A stretch of DNA of 64,000 nt. It comes from the human T2T-CHM13v2.0 reference genome, Homo sapiens. Location of the stretch: assembly GCF_009914755.1 (NCBI RefSeq), contig NC_060938.1, one strand, 5' to 3'. Of this stretch, positions 44,121 through 60,587 are shown piece by piece; the stretch's first letter is position 1; each line of letters begins with the position of its first letter. Position numbers and translations under genes: made by a program. Under the pieces are notes generated by a model. That model searched no databases. It had not been told where the DNA came from and worked only from the letters and a program-made list of their open reading frames with translations.

Positions 44121-46260
44121 GACATTAGCTTTGTATACACAATATCCTTGCATACTGGTGCTTTGATTTCCACAGGATAGAGGTCCAGAAGTAGAATTTC
44201 TGTGTATGTATGTTTTAACTTTTAATAGGTAGTACCCTAATAATTTCCCAAAAGTGCACAGAAATTACTCCTGGCACCCACAGCGTATTGACAGTGACCA
44301 TTATCTGTACATGATGTCACCACTGAATTTTTTTTTTTTTTTTGAGACAGAGTCTCACTCTGTCACCCAGGCTGGAATGCAGTAATGTGATGTCAGCTCA
44401 CTGCAACCTCTGCCTCACTCATTCTGCCAGTGAGCAGCCATTCTCCTGCTTCAGCCTCCCAAGTAGCTGGGATTACAAGTGTGCACCACCACACCCAGCT
44501 AATTTTTGTATTTTAGTAGAGATGGGGTTTTATCATGTTGGCCAGGCTGGTCTTGAACTCCTGACCTCAAGTTATCCTCCAGCCTCAGCCTCCCAAAGTG
44601 CTGGGATTATAGGCGTTAGCCACCGCACCCAGCACCACTGAATATTACTGATTTTAATATTTGATAATCTGATTACTAGTGTGGCTGAGCACCTTATATA
44701 TTTAATGGTTATATGTCTTTTCCGTAAATTATCCACTCATATACTTTGCCTTCTTTCCTATTTTTTGTCTTTTTCTTATCAATACTTGGAGATTTTTCTA
44801 TTTTAGGGCTCTTAACCCTTTGGCAAATGTTTTAGAAATATTTTTTCTCAGTCTGTCATTTGTCATGTGACCATGGGGTCTTTTGCTATTGAGCTATTTT
44901 TCACTTTTATGTAGAGAGATCTCTCAGTTATCTTCTTTGGAGTTCTGTTTTCTGATTGGCTTAATAAAGCCAATCCCTTTTAGACTTTACAAATAGTCTC
45001 CTCTATTCTAATATCTAATTGCTTTAGCTTTAACATTTGTGATTACTTCATATGAAATTGATTTTTTGTAAAATCCCTTTAAATTAAAGGATTTTTTTGT
45101 AAAATCCTTTTAAATTATCTCTTCTTTTCCCCCTGATTGAAACAACACTTTCGTCAATACTAGGCACCGAGGTATATTTGCATCTGTTTCTGAAACCTCT
45201 TTTCCCCCCTCAGATCAATATTCACTGATTGTTGTGCCAGTTCCCTATTTATTTGATTAGAAAAGATTTACAAGAAGTTTTAATATCTGGTAGGGCATCT
45301 CTCTTTCCACTATCCTTCACATTTTTTCTTGCCAAATCTTTACACTTACTTGTCCATATAAACTTTGAAATTATTTTATCTAATTTGCTCTCCAAAAAAA
45401 TCTATAGGAATTCCCATTGGAAATGCATTAAATGTATATATTAATTTCAGAACTATTAAACTTTTAATGATATTTTTCTTTCTTTTTTTTTTTTTTTTTT
45501 TTTTGAGACAGAGTCTCACTCTGTCACTCAGGCTGGAGTACAGTGATGCAATCTCAGCTCACTGCAACCTCCACCTCCCAGGTTCAAGTGATTCTCATGC
45601 TTCAGACTCCTGAGTAGCTGGGATTACAGGTGCATGCCACCACGCCCAGCTAATTTTCTTGTACTTTTAGTAGAGACAACATTTTGCCATGTTGGCCAGG
45701 CTGTTCTTGAACTCCTGGCCTCAAGTGATCCACCCACCTTGGCCTCCAAAGTGGTGGGATTGCAGGTGTAAGCCACCACATCTGACTGATACTTTTCTTT
45801 CCATCCAGGAATACTGTGTCTCTTTCCATCTATTCAGGTTTTGTATTGTGTCTTTCAAAAATAATAATTTTGTTCCCATTGCAAATGTGATGACTTCCAT
45901 TTCCATTCCTAGTTATTTCTAATATAAAGAAAAGCTACTGTGTTGTTGCTTATTTATCTAGTATCCAGCCACCTTAGCTTTTTGTTGTTTAATTGCTTAA
46001 ATTTTCTAGATATATAATTATATCATCTGCAAATAAAGACAACTTTATCACTTTTTTCACATATTTGGATTGTTTTTATTTTCTTTTCCAATTACTTTAG
46101 CTAGAACTAAATAATAGTGTTGATAATAGGCATCCCTTTTTTCATCCTAATTTTAATGACAGTGGCTTTAGAATTACTGTTTGCTGTTCAATTTGGATAA
46201 AAGGCCTTTACGTGTTTAAGTAATTTTCTGATATTCCAATCTTACTTAGGAGAATTTGGT
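44120..46260 (-). mobile_element. Degenerate L1ME-type fragments with two antisense AluS (44328-44633 and 45482-45786)
   Basis: T-rich L1 3' remnants; Alu TSDs CACCACTGAAT and TGATA(T/C)TTTTCTTT. Confidence 0.75.
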
Positions 46261-46749
46261 AGATAAAAGTGTGTATTCTGGAGTCAGATAGTACAAGTCT
46301 AAATCACAAATTACTTATTAGATTTGTAATCTTAAGGAACTTATTCTAACCTTTCTGTTTTCTCATCTGTAAAGTGGGGATAATAATAGTACAAACCTTA
46401 TAGCGTTGTTTCTCTGTCTTCTGACTTTTAGACTGGCAAATGAGAAGTCTGATTTTAGTCAATAGTCTCTTAGTAAGTGAACTTTTTACCTCTATCTGGT
46501 TTTTGAAGTCTTTTTAAAAGTTTTCCCTGGAATTTAGAAACTTCTTCAAGCTAATCCTGCCTAGAACTTGGTGTGCTTTCTTTCTTTCTTTTTTTTTTTT
46601 TTTAACAAAGGTATTGGGAGTAGATATACCACTGAGGTAGGACTGGTTGTGTTCTTTTCATCTGAAAGTGTTTGAGATTCTACTGAGGGGAAAAAGGCAG
46701 TGACCTCAGAATCCTGTACCCAGTCATATCCTTCATCTAAGAGTGCCAA

Positions 46750-47520
46750 TGATTAAAAATTTAAAAATTTCTAGGCAGCAACAATATCAAGTCTTGAAGA
46801 CAATGCAGAACAATGGCAACTTCATACTGGTGGAGTCTAAATTATCAAAGTCACATTTTCTATTATGTAGTAAAGTTAAAGAAATGACCCACCCCAGGAC
46901 CTTGCCGTTCCAACCCAGGGTGTCTACCATAGAGGATTCAGGCTCATGAGCACCAGAAGACTGGCCTTGTATAAGCAACACTGTTATGATAGCAAACAAA
47001 CAAACAAACAAAGAACTCAAAGAACTAGAAATCATTCAAAGTTCATCAGCAGAAGAATGAATCCATATATTGTGGTCCATTCATAGAACAGAATCCTATA
47101 CAGTGGCGAAAAAGAATGAGCTGCTTGCTATTCATTCACACAATATGGATAATCTCAGGAATATCATGTTGAGCAAAAAAAAGCAAGGGGCAGAAGAATA
47201 TACACAAAATTAATCATATGAGATTTAAAAACATGCAAACCTAAATGATGTAATAATGTTCAGGAAAGGCCACAAGCCTGTGATCAAGCAATAAAGAACA
47301 GCAAGAGAATGATCAATCAACAAAAATGATTGCCTCCAAAGGAGGGCGAGAAGGGGAGGGGACTTGGGGCAGGGGTTCACAGAGGGCTTCAAAGTTGATG
47401 TATTGTCCTGTGTCACAAACGGAATGGTGGGCAGATAAGGATTTGTGCATTGTTAGTCTGTATATCTTCTGCGTTTTCATGAATACTATTTTGCAGAGTC
47501 TCACTATTTAACTAAGCAAA
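46750..47520 (+). mobile_element. L1ME-type 3' fragment
   Basis: ATATTGTGGTCCATTCATAGAACAGAA and ATGGATAATCTCAGGAATATCATGTTGAGCAAAA. Confidence 0.75.
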
Positions 47521-47614
47521 CATTTTATAAAGAATGGGCAGTGAGGAAGTGAAGACAAGGATTTGCTATGAAAATGGGTCAAAAAAAGGCAATGGTTGGA
47601 AAATACATGGGGTG

Positions 47615-48100
47615 AGGGTGGCGGTGCACCAAGCGTGGGTGGTAGTAGCCATCCACCCAGGTGCATTGCTTGTAGAAAATTTCAAACAGTGAGGGGAGGG
47701 AGAGCATTGGGAAAAATAGCTAATGCATGCTGGGCTTAATACCTAGGTGATGGGTTGGTAGGTGCAGCAAACCACCATGACACACGTTTACCCATGTAAC
47801 AAACCTGCACATCCTGCACATGTACCCCGGAACTTAAAATTAAAATTAATTTTTAAAAAAAGAAAAGAAAATTTCAAACATAATAAAACCAGCTACAAAT
47901 CAGTCTGCTTTTTATTATTACCATGTGCGAACAAGTCTACACAATGCCAGTGATACATAACCCACTCTGACATAAAACCTGTTGGTCTGAGTTCTAAACA
48001 ATTTCTGCAGTAAATGTTGGGTTTTAATAATAATAATAATCAATGTAAACTTCAAGTCAGTATATTTTATTACTTATCCTTTAATAAACACTGAAGCCCA
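47615..48100 (+). mobile_element. hAT-Tip100-like DNA transposon relic (possibly MER97-like)
   Basis: GTCTGCTTTTTATTATTACCATG, GTTCTAAACAATT and TTACTTATCCTTTAATAAACA, recalled from consensus. Confidence 0.5.
47689..47865 (+). mobile_element. Very short L1PA 3' insertion
   Basis: GTAACAAACCTGCACATCCTGCACATGTACCCC; perfect 15-bp TSD AGAAAATTTCAAACA. Confidence 0.93.
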
Positions 48101-48919
48101 CGTGGAAACACACAGGTGCAGCTACATGGGGCTGATTCACTGGTCTCCTCCCTGTCTCCACCGTGAGGACACACGACTTGCCTGGGGTTTTCTGCATCCA
48201 GTCCTGGGCCTCTACCTGACACCTACCCTTGGCACCCTATCCCCCACCCCCAGATGGCACACAGACCCCACCTAGACAAGCCTCAAGCAAGATTCAAGCA
48301 GGCTTCATCTCCAACTGCCCTTCCCCGACTCGGGCCACCCCCTCCCAGCCCCCACCCCACACCACTGTGTCTCCAGACATGCCACGTCCTCTCCCTACAA
48401 AGCCCCATTCTTGGTGGTGCCTGGAAAACTGACCTATCCTGTGAAGCCCACCCCAGAGACTGTCCCCTCCAGGCTGCAGTGAGGGGCTCTTCCTCAGGGT
48501 CACCCCACCCTGCTCCACACCCGCCTTTGGGAATCTGGAGGAAGGTCTTTCAGAGACACGGGAGTTTCTTGCCTGCCCCTGGAGCACCCAGCACCCAGCA
48601 CCTGCATGGGGCAGGCGCTCAGTGAGCATTTGATGAGTGTGAGCGAGTGAATGGTGTTGGAACCAACCCTTCCCGTCCAGCACTTTGTATCTCATGGAGG
48701 CCCCGACAGAGCCTCTGGAGGAATCCCTGGTGTCTGCATGCCTCGGGAGAAAATGACAGCACCTTCCACTGCCCCACACTGAGCATCCTGACCCAGGGCC
48801 AGAGAGGGCCTCTGCTGTCCAGAGAGCGCGGGACGCCCACCTTCCACAGACAGTGGGTCATGACTCCGCAAAAAGTTATGCACGCTTGCCCTGTGCCAGA
48901 TCCCAATCCTAAGAGCTAA

Positions 48920-50414
<1,495 letters not shown>

Positions 50415-50610
50415 CTAATACTGTGCTCCACTAAAGGAGATGGCACTCCCCAGGGAGCTGGTGGACTGAGGCCGGGGTGTAGAGAGTACAAAATAAAGCA
50501 GGGCATCTTGTTGTAAGAGGAGGTATGAAAGTGCTCAGAGAATGAGGGACAGCCAAGGGCCAGCCTGGAAGGCAGCCCACGCCAAGTCAGAAGCAAGGGG
50601 GGCACTGAAA

Positions 50611-50641
50611 CCCTAACCCTAACCTAATCCTAACCCTAACC
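50611..50641 (-). repeat. Short degenerate telomere-like (TTAGGG)n tract
   Basis: CCCTAA CCCTAA CCTAA TCCTAA CCCTAA. Confidence 0.8.
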
Positions 50642-50649
50642 TGGTATTA

Positions 50650-51674
<1,025 letters not shown>

Positions 51675-51798
51675 CTAGCTGAGGAGACAGCAGCCACCCA
51701 GAAGGAACCGCTGGGTCTGTCTCCCCACCGAGGTGCTGGCACAGGGTGAGCACTTAAGGAATCGTCTTCCAAAAGGGAGTTTGGAGCTCACCACACTA

Positions 51799-52221
<423 letters not shown>

Positions 52222-52791
52222 TCACATCAACTTTCTTGTTTGAAAAACTTAAACAATAGGAATTGTTGGATTGGACTGGACAGTCTGTTGCAGCTACATG
52301 GGGAGGAAGTGAAGTCCCAGTCTCTGTCCCAGGGCCTTGCACCCCAACCTTGGAACCCTAGACCATCCCCTTTCCACTCTGTGATCTCTGAAGCTCCTAC
52401 TTCCCAGGCCCTGGGGTAGGCCAGCCCTCAAGCCAGCCGCTGCTGGTGAGTCAGACATGGCCCCGCCTTCAGTCTGGCTTGGGGGAGCAGACCCATAAAC
52501 AACCAGGCCACATGGGACACACGCCTGGGGGACCTCGGGAGAGGAAAGAAAGACCGGCAGCTGCCCTGGGTTCAAACAGCAAAGCCAGTAGACTCGGCTT
52601 TGAGGCAAGGTTCATCTGGCTAGTTTGTTCATGCATCCCTGGTACTGGCACAGTGCTGGGCAGACACAAAAAAGCAACAAGTACTCCAGCTGGGCAGGTG
52701 CGTCTCTTCTCTGTGCTGAGCACTCCACAAAAGTATTTGATGTGAGTCATAAAACAGCCGTGTGAAATAGGTACTATTGCTCTCCCATTTT

Positions 52792-53460
52792 TTTTTCTTT
52801 TTTCTTTTCTTTTTTTTTTTTTTTTTTTTTTTTTTTGGACAGTCTTACTCTGTCACCCGGGCTGGAGTGCAATGACGTGATCTCGACTCACTGGGTTCAA
52901 ATGATTCTCCTGCCTCAGCCTCCTGAGTAGCTGGGATTACAGGTGCTGGCCACCATGCCCAGCTAATTTTGTATTTTTAGTAGAGACGGGGTTTCACCAT
53001 GTTGTCCAGGCTGGTCTTGAACTCCTGATCTCAGGTGATCTGCCTGCCTCGGCCTCCCAAAGTGCTGGGATTACAGGCAAAAGCCACAGCACCTGGCCCT
53101 TTGTTTTTCTTTTTCTTTCTTTCTTTCTTTTTTTTTTTTGAAACGAAGTTTCACTCTGTCACCCAGGCTGGAGTACAGTGGTACAATCTTGATCACTGCA
53201 ACCTCTGCCTCCTGGGTTCAGGCAATTCTCCTGCCTCAGCCTCCCAAGTAGCTGAGATTACAGATGCATGCCACCATGCCAGGCTAATTTTTGTATTTTT
53301 AGTAGAGACGGGGTTTCACCATGTTGGCCAGGCTGGTCTCAAACTCCTGACCTCAGGTGATCTGCCCTCCTCAGTCTCCCAAAGTGCTGGGATTACAGGC
53401 ATAAGCCACTGTGCCCGGCCTCCTCTGCCTTTTCTACAAACAAAGACACTGAGCCTGGCC
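52792..53460 (-). mobile_element. Two tandem antisense AluS (52792-53098 and 53100-53420) inserted in a MIR, plus a captured 5' segment
   Basis: Outer TSD TGCT(C/G)TCCCATTTT; the MIR continues ATAGATGACAAAGTTGAGGCACAG. Confidence 0.93.
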
Positions 53461-54179
53461 TGCTGTCCCATTTTATAGATGACAAAGTTGAGGCACAGGA
53501 AGGTTAAGCTCCCTTGCCCAGGCAGCTGGGATTTGAACGCAGGCAATCCTGTTCTTCATGTTGCAAATGAATGAATGAATGAATGACCACATAAGCCAAG
53601 AGGCCCTTGCTGCAGTGTGTCCCAGACCCCGTCCTCCTTGGCCACAGTGAGGGCCAGCATCAGTCGGCCACCAAGGCGCCCCTGCAACAGGGAAGGCTCT
53701 GATGATCACCCAGGTCCTGGCGTCAGCCCAGAAGGATTTACTCTTTTTTATTAAAAATGTCACGGGAAGTCCACTTGAACATTTGAAGTCAACGCCAAGA
53801 GTGCACACGTTTGATATTAATTAAAGCAAAAGATGACAGCCCCCAGGAAAAGAAGTAATTTTCTTCTCTTGGATAAATGACCTTTCAGGAGAGCTTGTTC
53901 TTCAATTCTTCTTGGTCATTACCAGAAATTACTGAGTATGTTCAATGGAGCTGCAATCACCAGCTCTGTTTGCAGCTTTCGGCCTCCCAGTAAGAGGAGG
54001 GTCTTCATTCCACGGGGACTCCTCACCAGGGACTGTTCCCTACTGGTTTCACCCGGCCAGGCCAACAGTGATGTCCTTGGTAAATCTGAGCCCTAAGGCC
54101 CCATTTGAAAGAATACTTTGCTTGGATCGCAGCACTCCTGCCACTCAGCAGCTCCCTGCAGCCACCTCTGGGTAAGTCC

Positions 54180-55760
54180 ACCCAGCACAGCAGCTTCTCA
54201 GCAATGGCAACACCACCCCCTCACTTCCTGTGCTCTGGTCCCCTGGGCATGGCTACACCCTGATCTTGTCACCACCCCACCAAACAGCAACTCCAGCCTG
54301 CCCCTCCCTGACCACTCCCCCAGACAGAGACCCTGTTTCTGGGTCAGTTCTCATCACACCTCTGGGGCCCTCACCTGCCACTCGCCCAGCCAGGAGCCCT
54401 CAGATTCCCCATGCCCCTTCCCCCTTTTTCTTCAATCACCAACCAGTAGCTGGGGTTTGGCCAAGCGAGCTGAACTGCACTCTCCATGCCAGCACCTGAG
54501 CCGCAGACAGCAGCCCAGACAAGCTGTTCTTGCACGAAGGGATTTTCCTTTAACTTCGAGGCCACCCTTGCACACCCAGAGCCCCTCCCCGGGATGCTGG
54601 CTCTCTCCACAGCAGAGCCACCATTCCTCACCTCTCAATTATCCCCTCGTCCCCCCAAGCTGTGCCCACACCCCGCCCTCCCAGGCAACTGCAGCAGGCC
54701 AGCTTGGTGGTCACTTCTGCAGGGGAACAGTCATCAGTGTCCCCTGCGGCTGCCTGCTTTTCTAGACGCCCTCTCTCCTCTCGCCCCCGGGCCCCACCCT
54801 CCTGGTTCCTCCCACCTGTCTGCCAGATGCCTCTCTCATGATTGGCACTAAGTGTCAGACCCCAGAATCCTGAACCCTCTTCTCCATTCACCCCTGCACC
54901 AGGGGCATCCCAAACACACCTTCTGCGCCTCTGTGCACTGCTGCGGTCCTGACACGTGTCGGTCATGGGCTTGGCGGAGGGACAGACCAGACCCAGCCTT
55001 GACCCCTTCCAGTGCTGCTGCGTGCACGCGGGATACAGAAACAACCCAGTGTGGGGGCCCACCTGGAGGCTGCACCACTGCAGATGAGACTCTCTGGGTG
55101 ACTGAGGGTCCCCAGTGCACCTTCCGGAAGCTCCCAAGCCCCTTCCCTGCAAGCCAGCCTAGGCTGGAGGCCTCTGCAGGAAGGCTGACCTGGGTGCCCA
55201 CCAGAGCCAGGACGAGCGTGCCTGCCTGGGCATCCCAGGAGCCACCAGCCCTAGGACCCTTCGGCTCTCACATCTGTGTCTCCGGCTCCACCTGCAGACA
55301 CTCCTTTCCATCCACAAAGGACCCTCTGCTCAGCACCCAGAGCTATCAGAGTGGAGCTCTGGACTCCCTCCTTGCGCTCTGAGTGCTCCTGCTCTGGGTG
55401 ACCAGCTGCACTGCCACCCGCGCAGCGGCTCCCCAGGGACCCAGGCGCCAACCCTGACTCTCCCTCTCCTTAAAGCTAACTCGTCATCCCAGCCCACCTG
55501 CCTGCTCCCCCAGCTCCAGCCAAGGGAGCCTTTCTGTGCCTTGACTTCCCCCCACCCCTTGCCATTCACAGCTCAGCTTCCTGGACCAACCATGCAAAGG
55601 GCTGTCCCTCTCTGGCCACTGCTCCCTACCAACTTGCTTTCTTTTTGGCACTTACAGTCGTCTGGAATCATCCTACGCGTTTACCAGTTTGTTGTCAGAT
55701 TGTCCTTCTGGAATGGAAGCTCCACGTGGACCTGGGACTGCAGCCCCCTCCTCCCTGACA
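54180..55760 (+). mobile_element. Long degenerate L2 fragment
   Basis: C-rich; CATGGCTACACCCTGATCTTGTCACCACC is L2 ORF2-like, and L2 3' motifs occur near 55.6-55.75 kb. Confidence 0.6.
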
Positions 55761-55987
55761 CGGGGCCTGCCTCGGTCCAAAAGCTCCAGAACCGGGAAAT
55801 CAAGGAAGCAGGAGACCCAATTCCAGCCCTGCTTCTTCTGCCTGAGCCTCAGTTTTTTGATCTGCAATCTGCATGCCCTGCATATCTCAGGGCCAGGCTG
55901 AAGATCGACCGGACTGCTCTGAGGCCTGGGAGCCGCCCCAGCTGTGAGAGTGTGAAGTGGACTCACGCTGGCACCCACGTGCCGAGC

Positions 55988-56033
55988 TGCGGATGGAAAG
56001 CTGAGAAAGGTGCGGATGGAAAGCTGAGAAAGG
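55988..56033. repeat. Perfect 23-bp tandem duplication TGCGGATGGAAAGCTGAGAAAGG
   Basis: Directly visible. Confidence 0.97.
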
Positions 56034-57330
56034 TCCCGCTTGCGCGCAGTGTGAATGCGCGGTACGGATCTGTTTCTTTTCTGAATCGCTCCTTCCTCCT
56101 GTTCTTTGAGGTTCCTGCACCGGCCCCCGAGCTTTCTGGGCACACCATAAATTTCAGTCCAGCGGACTCACTCTGACTAATAAACATTGTGCCTCTTTTC
56201 TGTAATAGAGCGTAAGCTGTCTTTAGAATTACGATGTCTTTTTGCAAGATAAATAGATGGTGGAAAAGTAATACAACATAATAGGATATAGACAAGGAAG
56301 GGAGTATTTTCATATAGCTAGATGCAGCGTGTGGGTGGTGAAAAATAGTTTGTTTTTAGTAACAGGAAAGAGAGGTGAGCAGTTTCATCTTCAGTAGACA
56401 CAGCAAGCACACCGCCCTGGAAGGAATTCCGAAAGCGGAATTCTTCACGCTGGGGAGAGTGTGGTGGAAAGAGAATGGGACTAGAGTCCCGAAGCAAGTG
56501 ACCAAGTGACCACTCATCCTTATAATGGGCCAACCTTCCAGGTCCGGTCCACGCCTCAGGGCTCTCCTGGGATGCGCTGGAGTCATCGATGCATCACAAG
56601 GCCTTCTGAACCTTGCAAAGGCCTGCGCGAATGTGAGGGAATGAGTTGGACCTCTCTGGGCTTCAGTTTTCCTCCTGTGGAAAATGGGGGTAATAAAATC
56701 TACATTCTTCCTGGGCATAGGAATTCAGCCTTATCCTTAAAGGGCATGGGGTGGAAGGATCCTTGCAATTTGATGGAGAAGTAAGAAGTGTCCAAGCCAT
56801 GAGGATTCAGCGAGGCAGTGCAAGGCCCTGGTCACCCTGGGTGGAGAAATGAACACCCTCCGGGCAGAGCGCTGGGTATGACTCAGGGTTTAGAAATAGG
56901 AACGTCTCTAAGCTGAGTGGGGCAAGTATCTGACCTACAGGCAGCCGCAGTTTAGTGCTGGAAGCAGACATAAAAACAAACATTCAAGAGCTGCTAAGGC
57001 CACGAAGGCAGGGGAAGGGACGACGCATTTGGAGGAAGCACCATCCGAGCCACACCCCGCACAGAAAAAGGACCCAGGCCCACCGCAAGGCGCTTCTTGG
57101 TCCTTTCGGAAGGGCCGCTCCTAAACCACCAGGGCTGATCCGCTGCTTGGGTGGAGCACAGGCGGGAAGCCCTGCCCCGTCTCTTTGTGAGCTGTGGGTG
57201 CGCTTGGCGAGTCACAAGCCTCTCTGGGCCCAGTTCTTTCTATGGAAGTCATGGGTTGCAGTGTTGTTGAGGGAGCCGGTGGTGCACGTGGTGAAGACCT
57301 GGCTCTGTAGCCGGCCAGCTGGGTCCCCGT

Positions 57331-57491
57331 CACACACTCACACGTGCACACATGCATGCATGCACACATCCTCACACACATTCATACGTGTGCTCTCACG
57401 CTCACATGCACACATTCACACACACGTTCACACACCCATGCGCTCACATGCCCATGCACGCACACGTTTGCACATGTACGCGCACACACAC
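57331..57491. repeat. Degenerate (CA)n/CATG/CACG tract inside a MIR
   Basis: Directly visible. Confidence 0.9.
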
Positions 57492-58319
57492 TAAACCCGT
57501 TGGGCCTCAGCTTACTCATCTGTCAAGCGGAGACCATGGCAGTGGCTCCGACAGGTGCTTGGCACATGGTAAATGCCCAATACATACGACAGCACTTGGA
57601 AATTTGTCCCATTATTTCTTCCTCCCATCTCTGCCAGTTGCCAAGGGCGGCCTCGGAAGGAAACTATTAACCAGCACCTATGCAGGGTCAAGGTTATGGA
57701 GCTAGTGGGGCCTGCACAGGGAAGGGCTCAGGCAGCAAAAGAGAGGATCACCAGAGTTGGAAAGAAAGGAGGCCAGGCAGACGTAGCGGGAGGGCATTCC
57801 AGGACATTCAGGCCCAGAGGGAGGCGGGGATGGGGCGCTGGAGCCCCCGCCTGCCCCTGAGCCTGGTTGGGTGCAGGGGCCAGCACCTGCAAACCCCCAC
57901 ACAGAGAAGGCTCAGCACATGTTCCTCCCCTTCCCCCGGAGATGGAGCACCAGCCTGTGTTGCTATTGGCTGCGTTTTTTAAATTGCCTGCAAAACCCTG
58001 TCCTCTTTCCTTTGTGTGGTCTACCAGTCTCTCAGTATTTCATTTGAAAAACAAAGCAACACTTGGACCCTTATGCACAGCTACAGATTTGTCTGCAGTT
58101 CTTGCTGTACTTCAAAAAGAGAAATGTTAAAACTCTCTGTGCAGCCTCGCAGTTGATTTCCCAGTGCCCCCAGAATGCAGCCACCAGCCCTGGGCGCTGT
58201 TCTGGGAGCTTCCCCACCCGTGCAAAGGGGAGGACTAGGACCTGGACGCACGGTGGGCGGGAGCAGGGTGGGGACTGAAACCCAGGCAGGCTTGGCCAAG
58301 ACACGGGGTTTGTGTTGTT

Positions 58320-59430
58320 TTGTTTTTGAACTAATTTCAGGCTTTCAGAAAAGCCGTAGAAATAGTACAGATTCTCCCTATATCCCTCCCCCAGCCCCCG
58401 CTCCAGTGCACAGCTTACATAACCCAAGTATAATCAGCAAACCGGGGATGTCACCAATGTGCAATACTGTTAACTCGACTGCACACCTGATTCCGACTGC
58501 ACCGTTTTCCCACGAACGTCCCTCTTCCCTTCCAGGGTCCTGTCTGGGGTCCCACATTGCTCAGTCCGCATGTCTCCTTTGTGCTCTCCAATCTGTGGCA
58601 GCTCCTCAGTCTTAGTCTTGCGTGATCCTGACACTTTGGAAGAGCATTTTTCAGTTATTTTATCAAATGTCCCTCAGTTTGTTTGTCTGATATTCCGTTT
58701 TGGATGGAAGTTGTGCATTTTTGGCAAGAATCCCACAGAAGTGACGTTGGGTCCTCCTCAGTGCCCCATATGCGGGTTCATGCTGCCAATGCCTTATCAC
58801 TGGTGATGTTGACCTTGATTCTGTTGGTTCAAGAGGTGTCTGCCAATTACAATGTTGTAATAAATAACCTGTGTGCATCTATTTTTGTTGGAGTTGTACA
58901 TTCAGGATAGATTCCTAGAAGTGAGATTGGTGCATTGAAAGGTACATGTTTATGGGGCTGTTTGGTATTGCCAAATTCCCTTCAAAGGGTTATATTAATT
59001 TGCATCTCCACCAGCTGCACAAGAAAATATCTGTTCTCTGCAGCCTCGCCAACAGAATGCAAGGTGGTGGTTTGACTTCCGTTAATCTGATAGGTGGGAA
59101 ATGGTATCTCCGTGTGGCTTTAAATTGCAGTTTTCAGTGAATGAATTTGGACATGTTTTCTTGTTTGATGACTTTTTTATGCGTGTGAATTGTCTGTTCA
59201 TGCCTTTTTCCCAGGTTTCTTTCAAGTTTTTGGTCCTTTGTCCCTCAGTTGAGTTCTTTATATAGTAGAAATACTAATCCTTTCTCTGTCATAGACATAT
59301 TTTCTCCCAGTTTATTGGGGAAAATGTCACTTTTCTTATGATGGAGTTTTTTTGTCATGCAATTTTTGCAAATATACTCATTTTTATTGTGTTTGGGTTT
59401 TGAGGAATGGTTAGAAAGCTGTTTCCCATG
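58320..59430 (-). mobile_element. Old L1M 3' fragments
   Basis: CATTTTTGGCAAGAATCCCACAGAAGTGA and GGATAGATTCCTAGAAGTGAGATTG. Confidence 0.75.
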
Positions 59431-60587
59431 CTTGGATGCAGTTCTTAGTTCACACAGACTCTGTGGGAGCAAAAGAGCAGGCAGGGGACAGAGCGGGTTC
59501 TGCTGGAAATGCAAGACAGGGCTAGCTCACTGCAGTGTCTGAAAGGATTATAAAGGGAGTCACTTACACAGGTGGCTCATTTAAATTTGGACAGATTTGC
59601 CTAAATTCAGCTAAACACCCTGCTTCATGAAGACGGGGATTTATGTCTTGGTGAGTTCCTGAGGCCATGCTCCTCCCATGTGTACACAGAGGGACGGTCG
59701 GAGAAGGGGGAAGGGTCATGTTCCAGTGTGTAGATTCAGCCCTGGTACTTTGTGTTCCTTCACTGCACTCCCATTTTACAGATGGAGAAGCTGAAGTGCA
59801 ATTAAATAACCCTGCAAAGATCGAAAAGGCAGTGGAGGAAGAGTTGGCATGAGCCCACCTTCCTCCAGGGCTCATACCTCTTGTCACCTCAACCTGGTGG
59901 CTTTACAGGGGTGGGGAGAGGGTGCTTATTTCTTCCCCAGGAAACCTGCTCCTGGCCCTCAAGCCATTTAGGATCATGGCATCCCTGCCCCACGCTACGG
60001 CCCACATGGTCCTGGGCCCTGCCAGCCCACTGTCATCAGGCTTGCCCCCGTCTCAGACATGCCCTTACTTTTTGTGCTGTTGGAAGGCTGGGCCTCCCGC
60101 CTCCCCTGGGGTCCACTGCTGGGACACCTGAGCATCTCTCCAGGACAACTAGTCCCCTAATGCCCCACAAAGATCACGCTGGAATTCAGCGAGCCCCTAC
60201 CCCCGGCCCCTGAAGGGAGGAGCCGAGCTGCTTCTGTCTGGTATGGGAGACTCTGGAATGAGCCTCCTTTCTCTTTCAGGAGGTTCCTTCTCCACTTCGG
60301 CTCAGCCCCAGCACTGCCACGCACTGCCCTGCTTCTTTGTCCACTGGGAAAACTGCCGTCTGCTGGGGCCAAGCTCCCACATCTCCTCCTCTAGGCGCCC
60401 CCAAGGGGGGCACTTGCCCCACCGATGTGCCCAGATCAGCCCATCCATTTGGGGGAGTCTGGCCCCTGTAGGTATGGAGCAAATTGTAGATACAATAAAA
60501 TACCATTTCCCACCTATCAGAAAAGGGAGATGAGCAATGCAGTAACTAATAATGGCATTGATGGACAAGGGGAGACTGGAAGGGCGG

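Noticed and set aside
54118-56176. Several 170-215 aa ORFs
   Set aside because: They overlap a degenerate GC-rich L2 region, occur on both strands and resemble no known protein.
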